Assembly: GCA_951406725.2 (NCBI GenBank)
Contig: OX597839.1
Location: forward strand, 11,780,001 to 11,844,000
DNA: 64,000 bases
From: Octopus vulgaris
Lineage: Eukaryota
Direction of reading: 5' to 3'
The notes below the pieces were generated by a model. It worked only from the letters and a program-made list of their open reading frames with translations, had not been told where the DNA came from and made no database searches. Within the stretch, counting starts at the first letter, position 1, and every line of letters starts with the position of its first letter. Shown here piece by piece: positions 1 through 14,499 of the stretch. The position numbers were made by a program, and so were the translations under genes.

Positions 1-1387
1 TGTAAGGGTGTTGTACTACTGATCGTGTGTGTTCTTGCGCAAAACTTCACCTCCAGTTTGCTCTGTGATTACTTTGACATCGGACAAGCGGCACAGCAAG
101 CACCAACACGAGCAACATCAATCGGTTGGTGGAAGTAAGCCAAAACACTGCACAAACATTTCATTACTATAAACAAATCATCCGTGAAGGTTGTTCAGCA
201 TAAAATAGCAGAATCCGGTAGTGAAGTTCTAGTTCTGAGATTCCAGGGTTGTGAGGGGTGGGAGCCACTTCTTAACCACTGTTGTTCCCTGGTTTAATCT
301 GCCCTAGAGTAGAAGCCGCTGTTAAGATCCCAGCTATAAGTTAACTAGTATATGTGATTACATCCATATAAGCTTGGAGACACAGAAATACCCTTAGTTG
401 GTGTCAGAGCACTGGAGGTGAGGGACACCTAGCTATTGTTACAGTATCCTTCAATGAGAGGGATACTTTGATGTAAAAGCTGCAGTCTCACATGGTTATT
501 AGTCATCTTGCTTCGTCCTGTCACTAGGTACTTATTACAGAAACTCCAAGAGTGGTACTTGTGTTGTACACGCATTTCTCACCAGAATCTAATGACATAC
601 AGATGTCTTTTTATCATGACCTCATTTGTCATTCCATCAACTGAACATCCTATAGTGATAGAAGAACGGTAACGTGTGATGACCTAATCAGTTGGAAGCG
701 TATAGTAAGTTACAGCTTCTGTCTGTCACCTATGCTTCAAGCCATGCAGATTTGCAACGAGACTGAATAGTCATCTGAGAGTTCAGGGATGGAATTTCAA
801 AAATGCTACTGACATCGAAGAAGCACAAGATGGCAATCATCTGTGAAGATTGAGCAATCACCATGTATGTATATATGTATGTGTGAGTAACTAGATATGT
901 GTTTGTGTAAATTTGTATGCATAGCTAACGGCAGAAATGCACGACATGCGAAACTGTGTGGGGAAAAAATCATTTGCAGGCGTAATGGCTTGTGAAATAG
1001 ACATATGCAGCATCTGTTCTCGGATATATCAGAGCATAAATCAAACAGATTAGTGTTGAGAATATCAAGAAGAACATATAAAAACTTAAATGTAAGATAG
1101 TTAATAATAATTATTATTATACTAATGATGATGACGCCAACAATAACAAGAATAGCAATAATAATAATAATAATAATAATGATGTGTGTAGTTTTGTGAA
1201 TGTCGATTTGTACCATTTTTATCAATCCAGCACAGCTAATCACAATTTCACACACACACACACACGCACACACACACACACATGAGGTGAAACAATGTGA
1301 TTACATTGAAATTTACTGGAAAAACGGAAGCAATACAAACGGAGGGCACAACTTGTCAACTGGGCACCACTACAATTTCGTTGCCTG

Positions 1388-1437
<50 letters not shown>

Positions 1438-1438
1438 A

Positions 1439-1495
1439 GCTTAGTAAAATAAATTACTTTGCCAGTATGTGGCAAAGTAATTTATTTTACTAAGC
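1439..1495. repeat. Perfect 26-bp inverted repeat (hairpin) in (TA)n; probable Penelope-type inverted tail
   Basis: gcttagtaaaataaattactttgcca-gtatg-tggcaaagtaatttattttactaagc, flanked by TA runs. Confidence 0.85.
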
Positions 1496-1601
1496 CCTTA
1501 TATATAATGTAATATTTTGAATTCGCCTAAAATGGTCCCTTTACATACTGAATACTTGGTGAAATTGATTAATAATTAATTAATTTTACCCTCAATTGTT
1601 G

Positions 1602-1648
<47 letters not shown>

Positions 1649-2067
1649 CAGTTCTAGAATATTCTTAGTGATTTAATGCCTCTATTAGATGAATTAAGAT
1701 GTGCTTTTGAGCGCGATGTGTGTTTGTGTGTGTGTAGTTACTATGTAGATGTGTGTTTGTGTGTGTGTGTGTGTGTAGTTACTATGTAGATGTGTGTGTG
1801 TGTATGTGAGTGCGTGTATGTAGTGGAAGAGAATGTGCGAGAAAATGTAAAGAACAAAAATAGCTTAAAACAAAATGCAAAAATATTATAAACAGAAACA
1901 AAAGACTTCATTATTACTAGAAAGCAGATGCAGTGTGTGCGCATGCGTGTGTCGTATGTGGGCGCGCATTTGTGTGTGTGTGTGAGTGCGTGTATGTGTA
2001 AGTGTGTGCATGTGTGAGTGTAAAGCAAACATGTAGAAAGGATGACAACCCGTAGAGTTAACGACAT

Positions 2068-2204
2068 ACCGGAAGTGGTTATATCGATTTGGAAACAAAC
2101 AGCAACCTCTTGTGTTGATTACCATTTCGTCGAAACACAACCGGAAGTGAGAAGGCAGAAACTAATTAGTCCCCCAGGGTGCCTTTGCTACATTAGCCGG
2201 AAAT
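2068..2204 (+). promoter_or_regulatory. Cluster of ETS-type motifs in unique sequence
   Basis: ACCGGAAGTG at 2068-2077 and 2140-2149, GCCGGAAAT at 2196-2204. Confidence 0.3.
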
Positions 2205-2739
2205 TTCATCACGGGATAATACATTGCAAGCACACCGCTCTACGGTTTTGCTTGTCGTCTTATCAGCTTTTTGATATTTTTTTTGTTTTTTACTTCTGTT
2301 TAGCTTGTATTTATTTTATTTCTATTTTACTTGTTTTCTCAAAAGAGAAAGTTCTTGTCCTGAGGGCAGTGTCCGAACCATTATTAAATTTGTTACCACC
2401 CCAACAACGGCTGCTTGTTTCGGGTCTTTTTGTTTTCTTTTTATTTTGTAAACCATCGTAGAATCCTAGTTGATTACAAAGGAACACCATTTCGCAAAAC
2501 GAAGACATGTTCTCTTGTAGAAGGGTTTTATTAGCAAACTAACCCATCCCCATGAAATTCGTGCCCATCTGCTTAAATTAAAAACAACAACAACAACAAT
2601 AATAATAATAATGATCCTTTCTGCTATAGGCACAAGGCCTGAAATTTGTGGTGGAGGATGCCCGAGATCCTAGAAGACACACACACAGACAGACAGAATG
2701 GATTTTATATAATATACATATAGATACACACACACACAC

Positions 2740-2792
<53 letters not shown>

Positions 2793-2820
2793 CATACATA
2801 TATATACACACACACACACA

Positions 2821-2860
<40 letters not shown>

Positions 2861-3100
2861 CATACATATATATACACATACACACATACATATACACATA
2901 CACACATACATATACACATACACACACACATATATATATATATATATACAAAATAAGAAAATGGAGAAATACATCCAAGTCAAATATCAACTACCAGATA
3001 ATACCCAATCACATACTTTATTAAACCACTACATAAGAAACTTTAAGGTCATTTTATCCCATGGAGGGTTGCATTTACAACCCCTATCTCAATTTGTATA

Positions 3101-3140
<40 letters not shown>

Positions 3141-3141
<1 letters not shown>

Positions 3142-3438
3142 GCCGATCAAAGCCTTGTGAGTGGATTTGGTAGACGGAAACTGAAAGAAGCCTGTCGTAT
3201 ATATGTATATATATATATGTGTGTGTATGTTTGTGTGTCTGTGTTTGTCCCTCTAGCATTGCTTGACAACCGATGCTGGTGTGTTTATGTCCCCGTTACC
3301 TAGCGGTTCGGCAAAAGAGACCGATACAATAAGTACTGGGCTTACAAAGAATAAGTCCCGGGGTCGATTTGATCGACTAAAGGCGGTGCTCCAGGATGGC
3401 CGCAGTCAAATGACTGAAACAAGTAAAAGAGTAAAAGA

Positions 3439-3440
<2 letters not shown>
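3141..3440 (+). mobile_element. tRNA-derived SINE family A, 5'-truncated
   Basis: Near-identical to 9715-10003, including internal TA/TG microsatellite and ...tgactgaaacaagtaaaagagta tail. Confidence 0.9.
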
Positions 3441-3489
<49 letters not shown>

Positions 3490-3704
3490 CACATTATGTA
3501 TGTACACATATATACTTGAAAAAATTAATAGAAATAGCTTTTCTAATAATTTTTCCACTTAAATGATTAAATGTTTGTAAGTTTAACTTTTAAACATCAA
3601 ATATTTAAAACATCTAATTATTAGAGTGGGAAATTTATTTGAAAAACTTTTTGTATTTATTTTTTTTTCAATATATAATACTATTCCAAAGATTTTCCAT
3701 TTCT

Positions 3705-3737
<33 letters not shown>

Positions 3738-3854
3738 AATTACTACTGCTGCTACTACTACACACATATACATAGGTATGTATGTAGGTATGTATGTATG
3801 TATGTATGTATGTATGTATGTATGTATGTATGTATATGAATATTTCTATGAGAT

Positions 3855-4060
3855 TTTGTGTTTGTCCTCCACCACTGCTTGACAACTGGGGTTGGTTTGT
3901 TTACATCCCGGTAACTTAGCAGTTTGTCACAAGCGACCGACAGAATACGTTCCAGGCTTAAAAACTAAGTACTGAGGTCGATTCGTTTGGCTGAAACTTT
4001 ACAAGTCAGTGCTACAGCATGGCCGCAGTCCAACGACTGAAACTAGTCGTAAAATAAAGG
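3855..4060 (+). mobile_element. SINE family A, diverged 3' half
   Basis: gcttgacaac...gtaacttagc...cagcatggccgcagtc motifs. Confidence 0.75.
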
Positions 4061-4273
4061 GTAAAAGTTGTGTGTGTGTGTGTATGTGTGTGTCTGTGTT
4101 TGTCCCTCTATGTGTTTGCTTGTATGCTGGTGTGTTTATGTCACACAGTTACTCAAGATGGCATAAAGAGACCGATAATGGAATCGAATGCAATGTATAT
4201 GTAAAGATATACACGCAAGCTACAAAGGAAGTACGAATATAAATATTAATACATATATGTGTATGCTTATGCA

Positions 4274-4361
<88 letters not shown>

Positions 4362-4992
4362 TGAAAATATAATTAAAATTGAAACATACGACGTTGTTGT
4401 ACATGGCCTTATTTTGCGAGAAAATGGCCTAGAGAAAAAACCATTTCCCTTTAAAACGATAAAAATGGAAAACTCGATAATAAACACAGAGATATCTCCA
4501 TATCTCACTGATATATCAAATAATATTAAATATCTCCAAATGGTCTTGGAGAATATTGGCAGCGAGTGGAATGTTGTCTTGGAATGCTGATAGATAAAGA
4601 AATACCCGAAGCTGATAAAAGATGAGCCGCGCTCGAAAAATTCTCTTCAAAAGATATGGTTTAGATAATTTTGGAACCGCTCTCAGTTTTTCTATTATTG
4701 TTGTATGTATGTATGTATGTATGTATGTATGTATGTATGTATATGAATATTTCTATGAGATTTTGTGTTTGTCCTCCACCACTGCTTGACAACTGGGGTT
4801 GGTTTGTTTACATCCCGGTGAATTAAATTAAAATAATAATAATAATAATAAAATAAAAAATAAAAATAAAACAATAAAAAAAAAACCTATTATTTCCATT
4901 TTCTGTATAAATAGCTGGATAGCTTTAATTGCAAGCATTTATCACTTATCACATCTCGACAATATTTGAAAAATATGTAAGGAAAGAAATAT

Positions 4993-5030
<38 letters not shown>

Positions 5031-5324
5031 TTTTATTTATGCTATTTTTGTCTTTATCTTTATGTAATATTCACACAGTACTCAAGATGATATGAACACT
5101 ATTGTGTTATGTATGTATATCTGTAAGTGTGTGTATATGCGTGTAAATATCCATGTGTGTATATATATATAAGTACAAATACGCCTATATATACCTTTAT
5201 ATACACACACAAATACACACATACACGCACACACACACACACAATACATAAGTAAGTATATTCATGACATATACATATATATATATATGTATATATATAC
5301 TTATATATTTTACACATATATTTC

Positions 5325-5376
<52 letters not shown>

Positions 5377-5420
5377 TTTACACATACACACATATATATA
5401 TATACACACATACATTTACA

Positions 5421-7240
5421 CATGTAAACACATATCCACATGTATTTACACACATCTATATAGGTATACATGCATTTACATACAAACGTATTTACATGCT
5501 GCATACATTCATGTATATATACGTGTGTGTGTGTGTGTGTGTACGTGTGTGTACGTGCGTGTGCATGTGTATATACACACCTACACATATCCCAATGAAA
5601 ATAGATGAGGTTTTTGGCGCAGTGTATAGCAGCAAAGTTTGTATCTATGGTAATCGGCACGATTTTCTTGCTAGAGCCTGTGTGAATGTGTCTATGAGCT
5701 TGTGTGATTCTCTTGTATGTGTGTGCCGCGTGTGTCTCCTGTATGCGTGTGCCGCGTGTGTCTGTGTGTTGTGCGCGTCTTGTAAACCTGTGTTATTTGG
5801 GAATTATGTGCGTCTGTGCTTTGTATGTGTATTGCATGTGTCTGTATGGTATTTGTGCCTGCTGTGCAAGTCTGTGTATTGTATGTGCCTGCGTGCTGTA
5901 CTTGTATGTCGTGTGTTCTTGTGTGTTGTGTATGTATGTACTGTGTGCGGCTGTGTGTTGTATGTGTGTGTTGTGTGCGCTTGTGTGCACAACAGCGTAT
6001 TTAAAAATGTTATGCCAGAGCTATATCGTCTTTTATTTGGTTCAATGAAACAGTCATCGGCCTGCCTGTTCCGTATAAATTACATTCTGTTATTGGACGA
6101 CATGATTGGATTTCGTCACTAGCAGCGCCATCTTAACATTTCGAATTCGTCGTAACAGAACGATAAATATAATCTTTCCTCTTTAGACCGGCGAAAGAGA
6201 AAGGAAAAGGAAAAGGAAATGGAAGAGAGAAAAATCTATAAAAATTCGGTGGAATAGTGAAAGGAGAAAATAGCGAAAAGAACTGCTGCTATGGCGGTTG
6301 GTGTCTTAGTGAGTGAGAGATAATATATTGATTGCATGTAAACACATATCCACATGTATTTACACACATCTATATAGGTATACATGCATTTACATACAAA
6401 CGTATTTACATGCTGCATACATTCATGTATATATACGTGTGTGTGTGTGTGTGTGTGTACGTGTATGTACGTGCGTGTGCATGTGTATATACACACCTAC
6501 ACATATCCCAATGAAAATAGATGAGGTTTTTGGCGCAGTGTATAGCAGCAAAGTTTGTATCTATGGTAATCGGCACGATTTTCTTGCTAGAGCCTGTGTG
6601 AATGTGTCTATGAGCTTGTGTGATTCTCTTGTATGTGTGTGCCGCGTGTGTCTCCTGTATGCGTGTGCCGCGTGTGTCTGTGTGTTGTGCGCGTCTTGTA
6701 AACCTGTGTTATTTGGGAATTATGTGCGTCTGTGCTTTGTATGTGTATTGGATGTGTCTGTATGGTATTTGTGCCTGCTGTGCAAGTCTGTGTATTGTAT
6801 GTGCCTGCGTGCTGTACTTGTATGTCGTGTGTTCTTGTGTGTTGTGTATGTATGTACTGTGTGCGGCTGTGTGTTGTATGTGTGTGTTGTGTGCACAACA
6901 GCGTATTTAAAAATGTTATGCCAGAGCTATATCGTCTTTTATTTGGTTCAATGAAACAGTCATCGGCCTGCCTGTTCCGTATAAATTACATTCTGTTATT
7001 GGACGACATGATTGGATTTCGTCACTAGCAGCGCCATCTTAACATTTCGAATTCGTCGTAACAGAACGATAAATATAATCTTTCCTCTTTAGACCGGCGA
7101 AAGAGAAAGGAAAAGGAAAAGGAAATGGAAGAGAGAAAAATCTATAAAAATTCGGTGGAATAGTGAAAGGAGAAAATAGCGAAAAGAACTGCTGCTATGG
7201 CGGTTGGTGTCTTAGTGAGTGAGAGATAATATATTGATTG
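5421..7240. repeat. Near-perfect tandem duplication (914 bp + 906 bp)
   Basis: 5421-6334 repeated at 6335-7240; differences seen are two substitutions, a 10-bp indel and one (TG) unit. Confidence 0.95.
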
Positions 7241-9167
7241 CCAGCGTTGTCAAAGCCGAACAGATTATCTTCTGCTTTATTTGAAAGTCTTCAATTGGCA
7301 GACGATAGATAGCTGACAGCAGAGGGATGGTTGTCGGACAAGTGAGCGAGTCAGCAGCCAGTTTATCCATTGTCGACAAAAGCCTATATCGACTGCTACA
7401 CTCAGCTCTCTACTTTACTATGAATAAATATATTAATCCATTGAACACATAATTGCTAATACTTCACCGGTCGCCATTTTGTTCGCTAATATACTCCATA
7501 CCTGCCTCTTCCGCCTCTGGCTTTCTATTTTGATAGCTTGTTTTATCAACTGATTCACTTTTCGTTCTACATCACTCTTGTACATTAAAATAACCACTAT
7601 GCACTACACACACGCCGCCCACCACCGCCACTTTCCGCTCTCTTTCCTTCCCTTTCTCTTCCATCTCATTTCTCTCTCTCTTACTCTCCACCTCCGTTCT
7701 ATCTCTGTCTTTCCTCCTCTCTACTCACCTACCTCCTTTCTTTTTTTTCTCCTTTTTCTGATTTCATATTCAAGAAGCATGAGTAATATTTCTTGTTATA
7801 TCCACTGTTTTGTGTGTACATGTGTTGGTGTGCGCGCCTGCGTGATTGTACGTGTGTTGCTGTGTGCGTGTGCGTGTATTGCTGTATGTGTGTTGCTATG
7901 TATGAGTGTGTGTGTACATGTGTTGATGTGTGTGTGTGTGAATGTGTGTGTGCGTGCATATGTGGGTAAGACATATCGGAGATAGTAGACTTATGAACAG
8001 ACAAATCGATAAAATTCATATATACATGTACAAATATATGCATACGTATAAACACATACAGAGACACATAAATGCATGCAGACGCATATACATACATACA
8101 TACACACATACATAATACATACATACATACATACATACACACATACATAATACATACATACATACATACATATTTGTCGGTGTCTCTACGTACGTATGTG
8201 TATACATACGTCTATATATGTGTGTGGATATAGTATGTATGTATGTATGTATGTATGTATGTATGTATGTATGTATGTATGTATGTATGTATATAGACAT
8301 ACTATATACATATTTGTCGGCTTCTCTACGTACGTATGTGTATACACACATGTATATGTGTGTATGGTTATAGTATGTATGTATGTATGCATGTATGTGT
8401 GTATGTATGTGTGTATGTGTGTATGTATGTATGTGTGTATGTATGTGTGTATGTATGTATGTATGTATGTATGTATGTATGTATGTATGTATGTAGACAT
8501 ACTATATACGGAGGGAGAGAGACATATCTACATAAATATATGGATAAACGGGCGGAAATATAGGCGAATAGTTAGTTATCTAGGAAGACATACAGACAGA
8601 TTTGCTCGTCCGTCTGTCGGTACGTGTGTGTGTGTGTGTGTGTGTATGCATGTGTGTGTGAGAGAGAGGGAGAGAGAAGGAGAAAGAGGGAGAGAGAGTA
8701 TATATTTATAACGAGAGAAAGATGTACAGATATAATTCCCATATATTAATTTGTAGTTAGACGTGTGTATATAGAGATATACATCCATACATGTCTTTAT
8801 CCCCGTCTGTCTTGATAGACAACATGCATAAATACACACACATACATATATATACACACATATACACGTGCATACAAATATCTAAAAAGGAATGCATGCA
8901 TACATCCAACCAGAAATATAAATACATGCATTCATTCATATACACATACGAGCATACATACGTACATACATACATGCATACATACATACAGTCAAGCAGA
9001 TATATATTATTTACTAATTATATTCTAATTATATACTATTTATTATTTCGTACTTTATTTAGTTCTAAGTAAAAGTTTTATCGTATCTTTAATTTTTTTC
9101 TATATGGTATGATTTAAGTATATCATTGTTGAATTGCTACATGGTGGCTCTTCTCTAACTTATATAC

Positions 9168-9221
<54 letters not shown>

Positions 9222-9237
9222 GTATATATATATATAC

Positions 9238-9283
<46 letters not shown>

Positions 9284-9610
9284 GAGAGAGACAGACAGAC
9301 AGACTGACAGGCATATAGGTATAGAGAGATAGACAGACAGGCAGTCAGCCAGGCAATAGTCAGAGAGACAAGATACGTGCGTAAAACTGTTTATAATGTA
9401 ATTTTTTCGTGCGGATTACCCTTTTACCCTTTTACTTGTTTTAGTCATTTGACTGTGGCCATGCTGGAGCACCGCCTTTAGTCGAGCAAATCGACCCATG
9501 AACTTATTCTATCGAACTCTTTCGCCGAACCTCTCTTTCATATTCTTTCTAGTTCTCCATATAACTCAAAGGAGATTCCAATATTTCTTTTCCAAATTTC
9601 TGTACAACCC

Positions 9611-10000
9611 GTAGGAGTGGCTATGTGGTAAGTAGCTTGCTTATGAACCACATGGTTCCGGGTTCAGTCCCACTGCGTAGCACCTTGGGCAAGTGTTTTC
9701 TACTATAGCCTCGGCCCGACCAAAGCCTTGTGAGTGGATTTGGTAGACGGAAAGAAGCCCGTCGTATATATGTATATATGTATGTGTGTGTATATGTTTG
9801 TGTGTCTGTATTTGCCCCCTCCCAACATCGCTTGACAACCGATGCTGGTGTGTTTACGTCCCCGTAATATAGCGGTTCGGCAATAGAGACCGATAGAATA
9901 AGTACTAGGCTTACAAAAGAATAAGTCCTGGGGGCGATTTGCTCGACTAAAGGCGGTGCTCCAGCATGGCCACAGTCAAATGACTGAAACAAGTAAAAGA

Positions 10001-10003
<3 letters not shown>
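9611..10003 (+). mobile_element. SINE family A, near full length
   Basis: A-box-like tggctatgtggt, B-box-like ggttcagtccc, body, internal microsatellite, A-rich tail running into (TA)n. Confidence 0.92.
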
Positions 10004-10034
<31 letters not shown>

Positions 10035-11163
10035 GTGTGTGTGTGTGTGTTCATCTATGTAACATCTATTATACTATTATATAGCTAACAAGATTATGAA
10101 ACAGCTGTAAACGAATAGAGTAAACGTCTATTTTCTCACGCCACTTCTCTTATGTATTACACATACACACACATTCACACACACACACACACACACACAT
10201 ACATTTATGGAGATCTAGGCGCGTGTCTGTTATTACGAAACTTCTCAAGTAACTGATTCGAATCAATTTATTAAAGACAAACCCCACTAAATGTGTTTGA
10301 ATGGTATTTAACTTCATTTGTCCCCCACCCCGTGTGTGTGTGTGTGAGTGTGTGAGTGTGTAAGTGTGTGCGAGTGAGTGTGTGTGTGTGTGTGTGTGAG
10401 TGTGTATGTGTGTGAATATGAGTGAGTGTGAGTGTATTTGTGAGTGTGAATGTATGTGAGTGTGTATGTGAGTGTGTGCGTCTGTGTGAGTGTGTGTGTA
10501 TGTGTGAGTGTGTGCGTGCGTGTGTATGTATAGAAAGGAAGATGATTGCACTCACCAATCAAAATATTCATCCAGCACGTGTGCGTGTATGTATACGTTA
10601 CGTATGTATATGTGTGTATGTATGTGTGCGTGTACGTATATATGTGTATATATGTGTGCGTATGTATGTGTGTATGTCTGTGTGCGTGTATGTATATATG
10701 TATATGTGTATGTATGTGTGTGTATATATATAAGTGTGTGTGTGTACTTAAACACAAACAAACACACGCACACACACACATACCATAAAGAGAAAAATTA
10801 AACAACACGCTACCATTTTAGTTCTTTCTAAATGATTGGTTTAAGATCTAAATTGACAAATAACTGACTAATGCGATTATTGCTAACGATGTTGGCAATA
10901 TAACAGCGACGCGCGTATATGGATGTGTACGGCTGGAAAGGTGTCTGTCTCTCACACATTCATAAATAATATTTCATCGCTTGCTTGTCTCAGTCATTGG
11001 ACAGCGACCATACTTGAACACCGCCTTGGAGGGTTTTTTTAGACGAACGAATGGGTCCCAGCACTTATTTTTTTAAGCCTGGTGCTTGTTTTATCGTGAT
11101 GTTTGCTGAAATGGTGGTGGGGAACAAGCATAAACACACACACACACACACCCATATGTGCAC

Positions 11164-11201
<38 letters not shown>

Positions 11202-11455
11202 TTGTGTTTGCCATATTGGGAAAACAGCTGATAATTCACTCCGCTGTTACGTCGGAGCTTCACAAAACTTCATTCAGATCTTTGTCTGATTGAGATATCA
11301 AAGCAACTAGCGACGTAAGTTAATCCGAAGTTCAGAGATATTGTTCACCGGTCGGCAAAGAACTAAGAATTTTTTTCTGGATAATTCTGAAACTCCAGGC
11401 TCACTGCCGCTTTTTCATAGTCATCGGATTTAACGATGGGAACGCTCTCTTTCTT

Positions 11456-11490
<35 letters not shown>

Positions 11491-11914
11491 TGCCACCACA
11501 GCAGTACAAAGACCTTCGGAGTGCAACACATTCGACCACGTAACTCACTATGACAAATGCGTTTGTCTATCTAGTGACTTGTGGCTATAGCTTATTTATC
11601 ATGCATTGTCCGTGCGATCACACATATTCTGTACTTGTGAGGGACCGCAAGTAATTATGGTAGGAATCACTGACTGTTTCCATATATTCATTTCATGGTT
11701 TCGTTTCACGAGCTAAGATCTACAGAATGAGAGACATCCACGTCCGCAGCAGGTTTGCTGATGCCTGACGAGTTTGATTAGGGACAAATAGGCACGACTT
11801 CAGAGGCCGCATGGAAAGGAGGGCTGATCAGGAATGGATGTAGTGTCCTTGATTCGCCTCCTCTCTCTCTCTCTCTCTCTCTAGTTTGCAAGGTTGGTCC
11901 TGTGCGTTTGAAGC

Positions 11915-12177
11915 TTAGAAGCATGCATCCTAACCACATGATCTCGGGTTCTGTCTCATTGCACGGTACTTTGGGCAATTCTTTTCTACTTTAATTACGG
12001 GCCGATGAAAGAAAGCCTAGTGCATGGATTTGGTAACTTAGCGGTTCGGCAAAAGAAACCGATAGAAATAAGTACTAGGCTTACAAAGAATAAATCCTGG
12101 GGTCGATTTGCTCGACTAAAGGAGGTGCTCCAGCATGGCCGCAGTCAAATGACTGAAACAAGTAAAAGAATAAAAAG
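11915..12177 (+). mobile_element. SINE family A with internal deletion
   Basis: Diverged head joined at ggatttggtaacttagcgg to an intact tail. Confidence 0.8.
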
Positions 12178-12181
12178 ATAG

Positions 12182-12213
<32 letters not shown>

Positions 12214-12375
12214 GGAGAGAGGTGGAGAGGAGGCGAGTGGTTAAAAACAGATTATAGAACATATAGACTGAGGGAGAGAGAGAGAGAGAGTCGGTGATTG
12301 ATTAAGAACAGCGAAACAATGAAAAACATTTGGTGAGAGAGAACGAGAGACATAGGAGAGAGAGAAAAGCAAAGA

Positions 12376-12407
<32 letters not shown>

Positions 12408-13639
12408 TGTATTTCCTCTCGTATCTATGAATCTGTCCCTCTACTGCTATCTCTCTTCGTTTTCTCTCTCCCTTGTCTCCTTCTTCCCCTCACTCTGCCT
12501 TTCTGCTTGACTCCTCTCTCTCTTTCTCTCACAGCCTGTTCTCTGCAGTCTCTTCCTCTCCCTGTCTATCAGACTCCAATCTCTCTCTCTCTCTCTCTCT
12601 CCCTCTCTCTCTCTCTCTCCAAATGAGTAAATTCTGTTTCGTAAGGTAACTGCGACCAAATTGTACGTGCACGGGTTGGGTTGGTGGAAGCGGGTTGGCG
12701 GAGGTAGTGTGTAAAAAAAGGTAAGAAGGCAGATATAATAAGTACGAGGTAAATATACTGGAGTTTTTTGATTGGACAAAAAAAGAAAAGAAAAAGAATG
12801 GATAAAAAAACAAACATAAACGTATTTCTTTTTTATCCAAGTTCTTTAGCTTCATTTTTTATTTATTACAGTCAGAAAAATCAGTGAAATAAATGAAGAA
12901 AAGCGAACGAGGAGATATAATAAAGGAGAATGAAAGGAATCCACGAGGAAAGAAATACGATAATAAGAGCAAAAGAGATAAAATAATTGAAGAGGTAAAA
13001 AATATATACACAACAACACAAATGAAAAAAATTTAAAAAAAACATGGACCCCCTAAAAAAATAATGATAAATAACGAACAAAAACAACGCTGAGGGGTTA
13101 ATCGTAGTTAAAGGGGGTTATTTTTGGTGGTTCATGATTAATAAGCAAGTCGAGTAGTGGAAGAGAATTAAAGCGAACGAGCGTGGCATTAGAGTAATTC
13201 AAAGAACTTTGCCGAAACTAAATGCAACAAAATGGCTGGCAAAGTAATTTGGCTGCAAAAATCACTGTCAGATATTTCGGAATCGAACATCAAAAGAATC
13301 AACGTTTCTTTCTTTGTTCTCCTCTTTCGTCTTGAGGAGAGGGGGGGAGGAGGAGGAGGAGGAGGAGAAGAAGAAGACGAAGACAAAGAAGAAGAAGAAG
13401 AAGAAGAAGAAGAAGAAGAAGAAGAAGAAAGAAGTTAGCAATATTACTGGGGCTCCCCTAATTAGTTGGGTAACGTAGACAGATGAAGTGAATAACAACA
13501 ACAACAACAACAACAACAAAATCAAAGAGGATTGGAGGTGGGGGAGAGGGAATCCTATGCTGTGAGTTGAGTGAAATATGGCGAAGATTAGCCTCGTGTT
13601 AATGTAAAATAACTGAGCTCTAATGATGAGATAAATTGA

Positions 13640-13640
13640 T

Positions 13641-13671
<31 letters not shown>

Positions 13672-13682
13672 ATATATATATG

Positions 13683-13714
<32 letters not shown>

Positions 13715-13743
13715 TATGTATGTATATATATATATGTATGTAT

Positions 13744-13777
<34 letters not shown>

Positions 13778-13778
13778 G

Positions 13779-13831
<53 letters not shown>

Positions 13832-13844
13832 GTATATATGTATG

Positions 13845-13904
<60 letters not shown>

Positions 13905-14216
13905 CATATATACATATACATATATATATGTGTGTATATACATATGTATGTATATAGTATATGTATGTATATATATATGTATATATATATATGTGTATGT
14001 ATATATAACATACATATAAGATATATACATAAACACATACGTATATATAGATAGATATATACATATATACCTACAGCTATATACATATATGCATAAATAC
14101 ATATACATACATACACACATGCATGCATAAGCACATACATACATGCATACGTTCATACATCCATGTGTGAGAGAGAGAGAGAGGACTCATAAATGCAGGC
14201 TGACAGACATAGAAGC

Positions 14217-14280
<64 letters not shown>

Positions 14281-14320
14281 TGATTGATTGATAAACAGAT
14301 AGATAGATAGATAGACAGAT
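13640..14320. repeat. Compound microsatellite (TA)/(TATG)/(GATA)
   Basis: Direct reading. Confidence 0.95.
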
Positions 14321-14499
14321 AGATATAGAAAGGGGTAGGTTTAGGCGTTGATGGATAGGTACAACTTAAGGTAAGGTCTACATGATAGACTAGACAGTGT
14401 ACATATTAAATGGGTAAACAAATACAGTGTATAGATATCGACTGTATAAAGAGAAGCAGTGTATAGATGTCGACTGTGTATACATATGCAGTGTGTAGA

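Noticed and set aside
420-800. Faint resemblance to a LINE AP-endonuclease region
   Set aside because: Too many stops and frameshifts to support by eye
4608-4648. Possible hammerhead gaag CTGATAA...gagc-cgc-gctc GAAA
   Set aside because: G8 lost, extra bases before stem II and an offset stem I; too degenerate to call
5496-7028. Duplicated Cys/Val-rich ORFs of about 210 aa
   Set aside because: Decayed (TG)n sequence inside a tandem duplication
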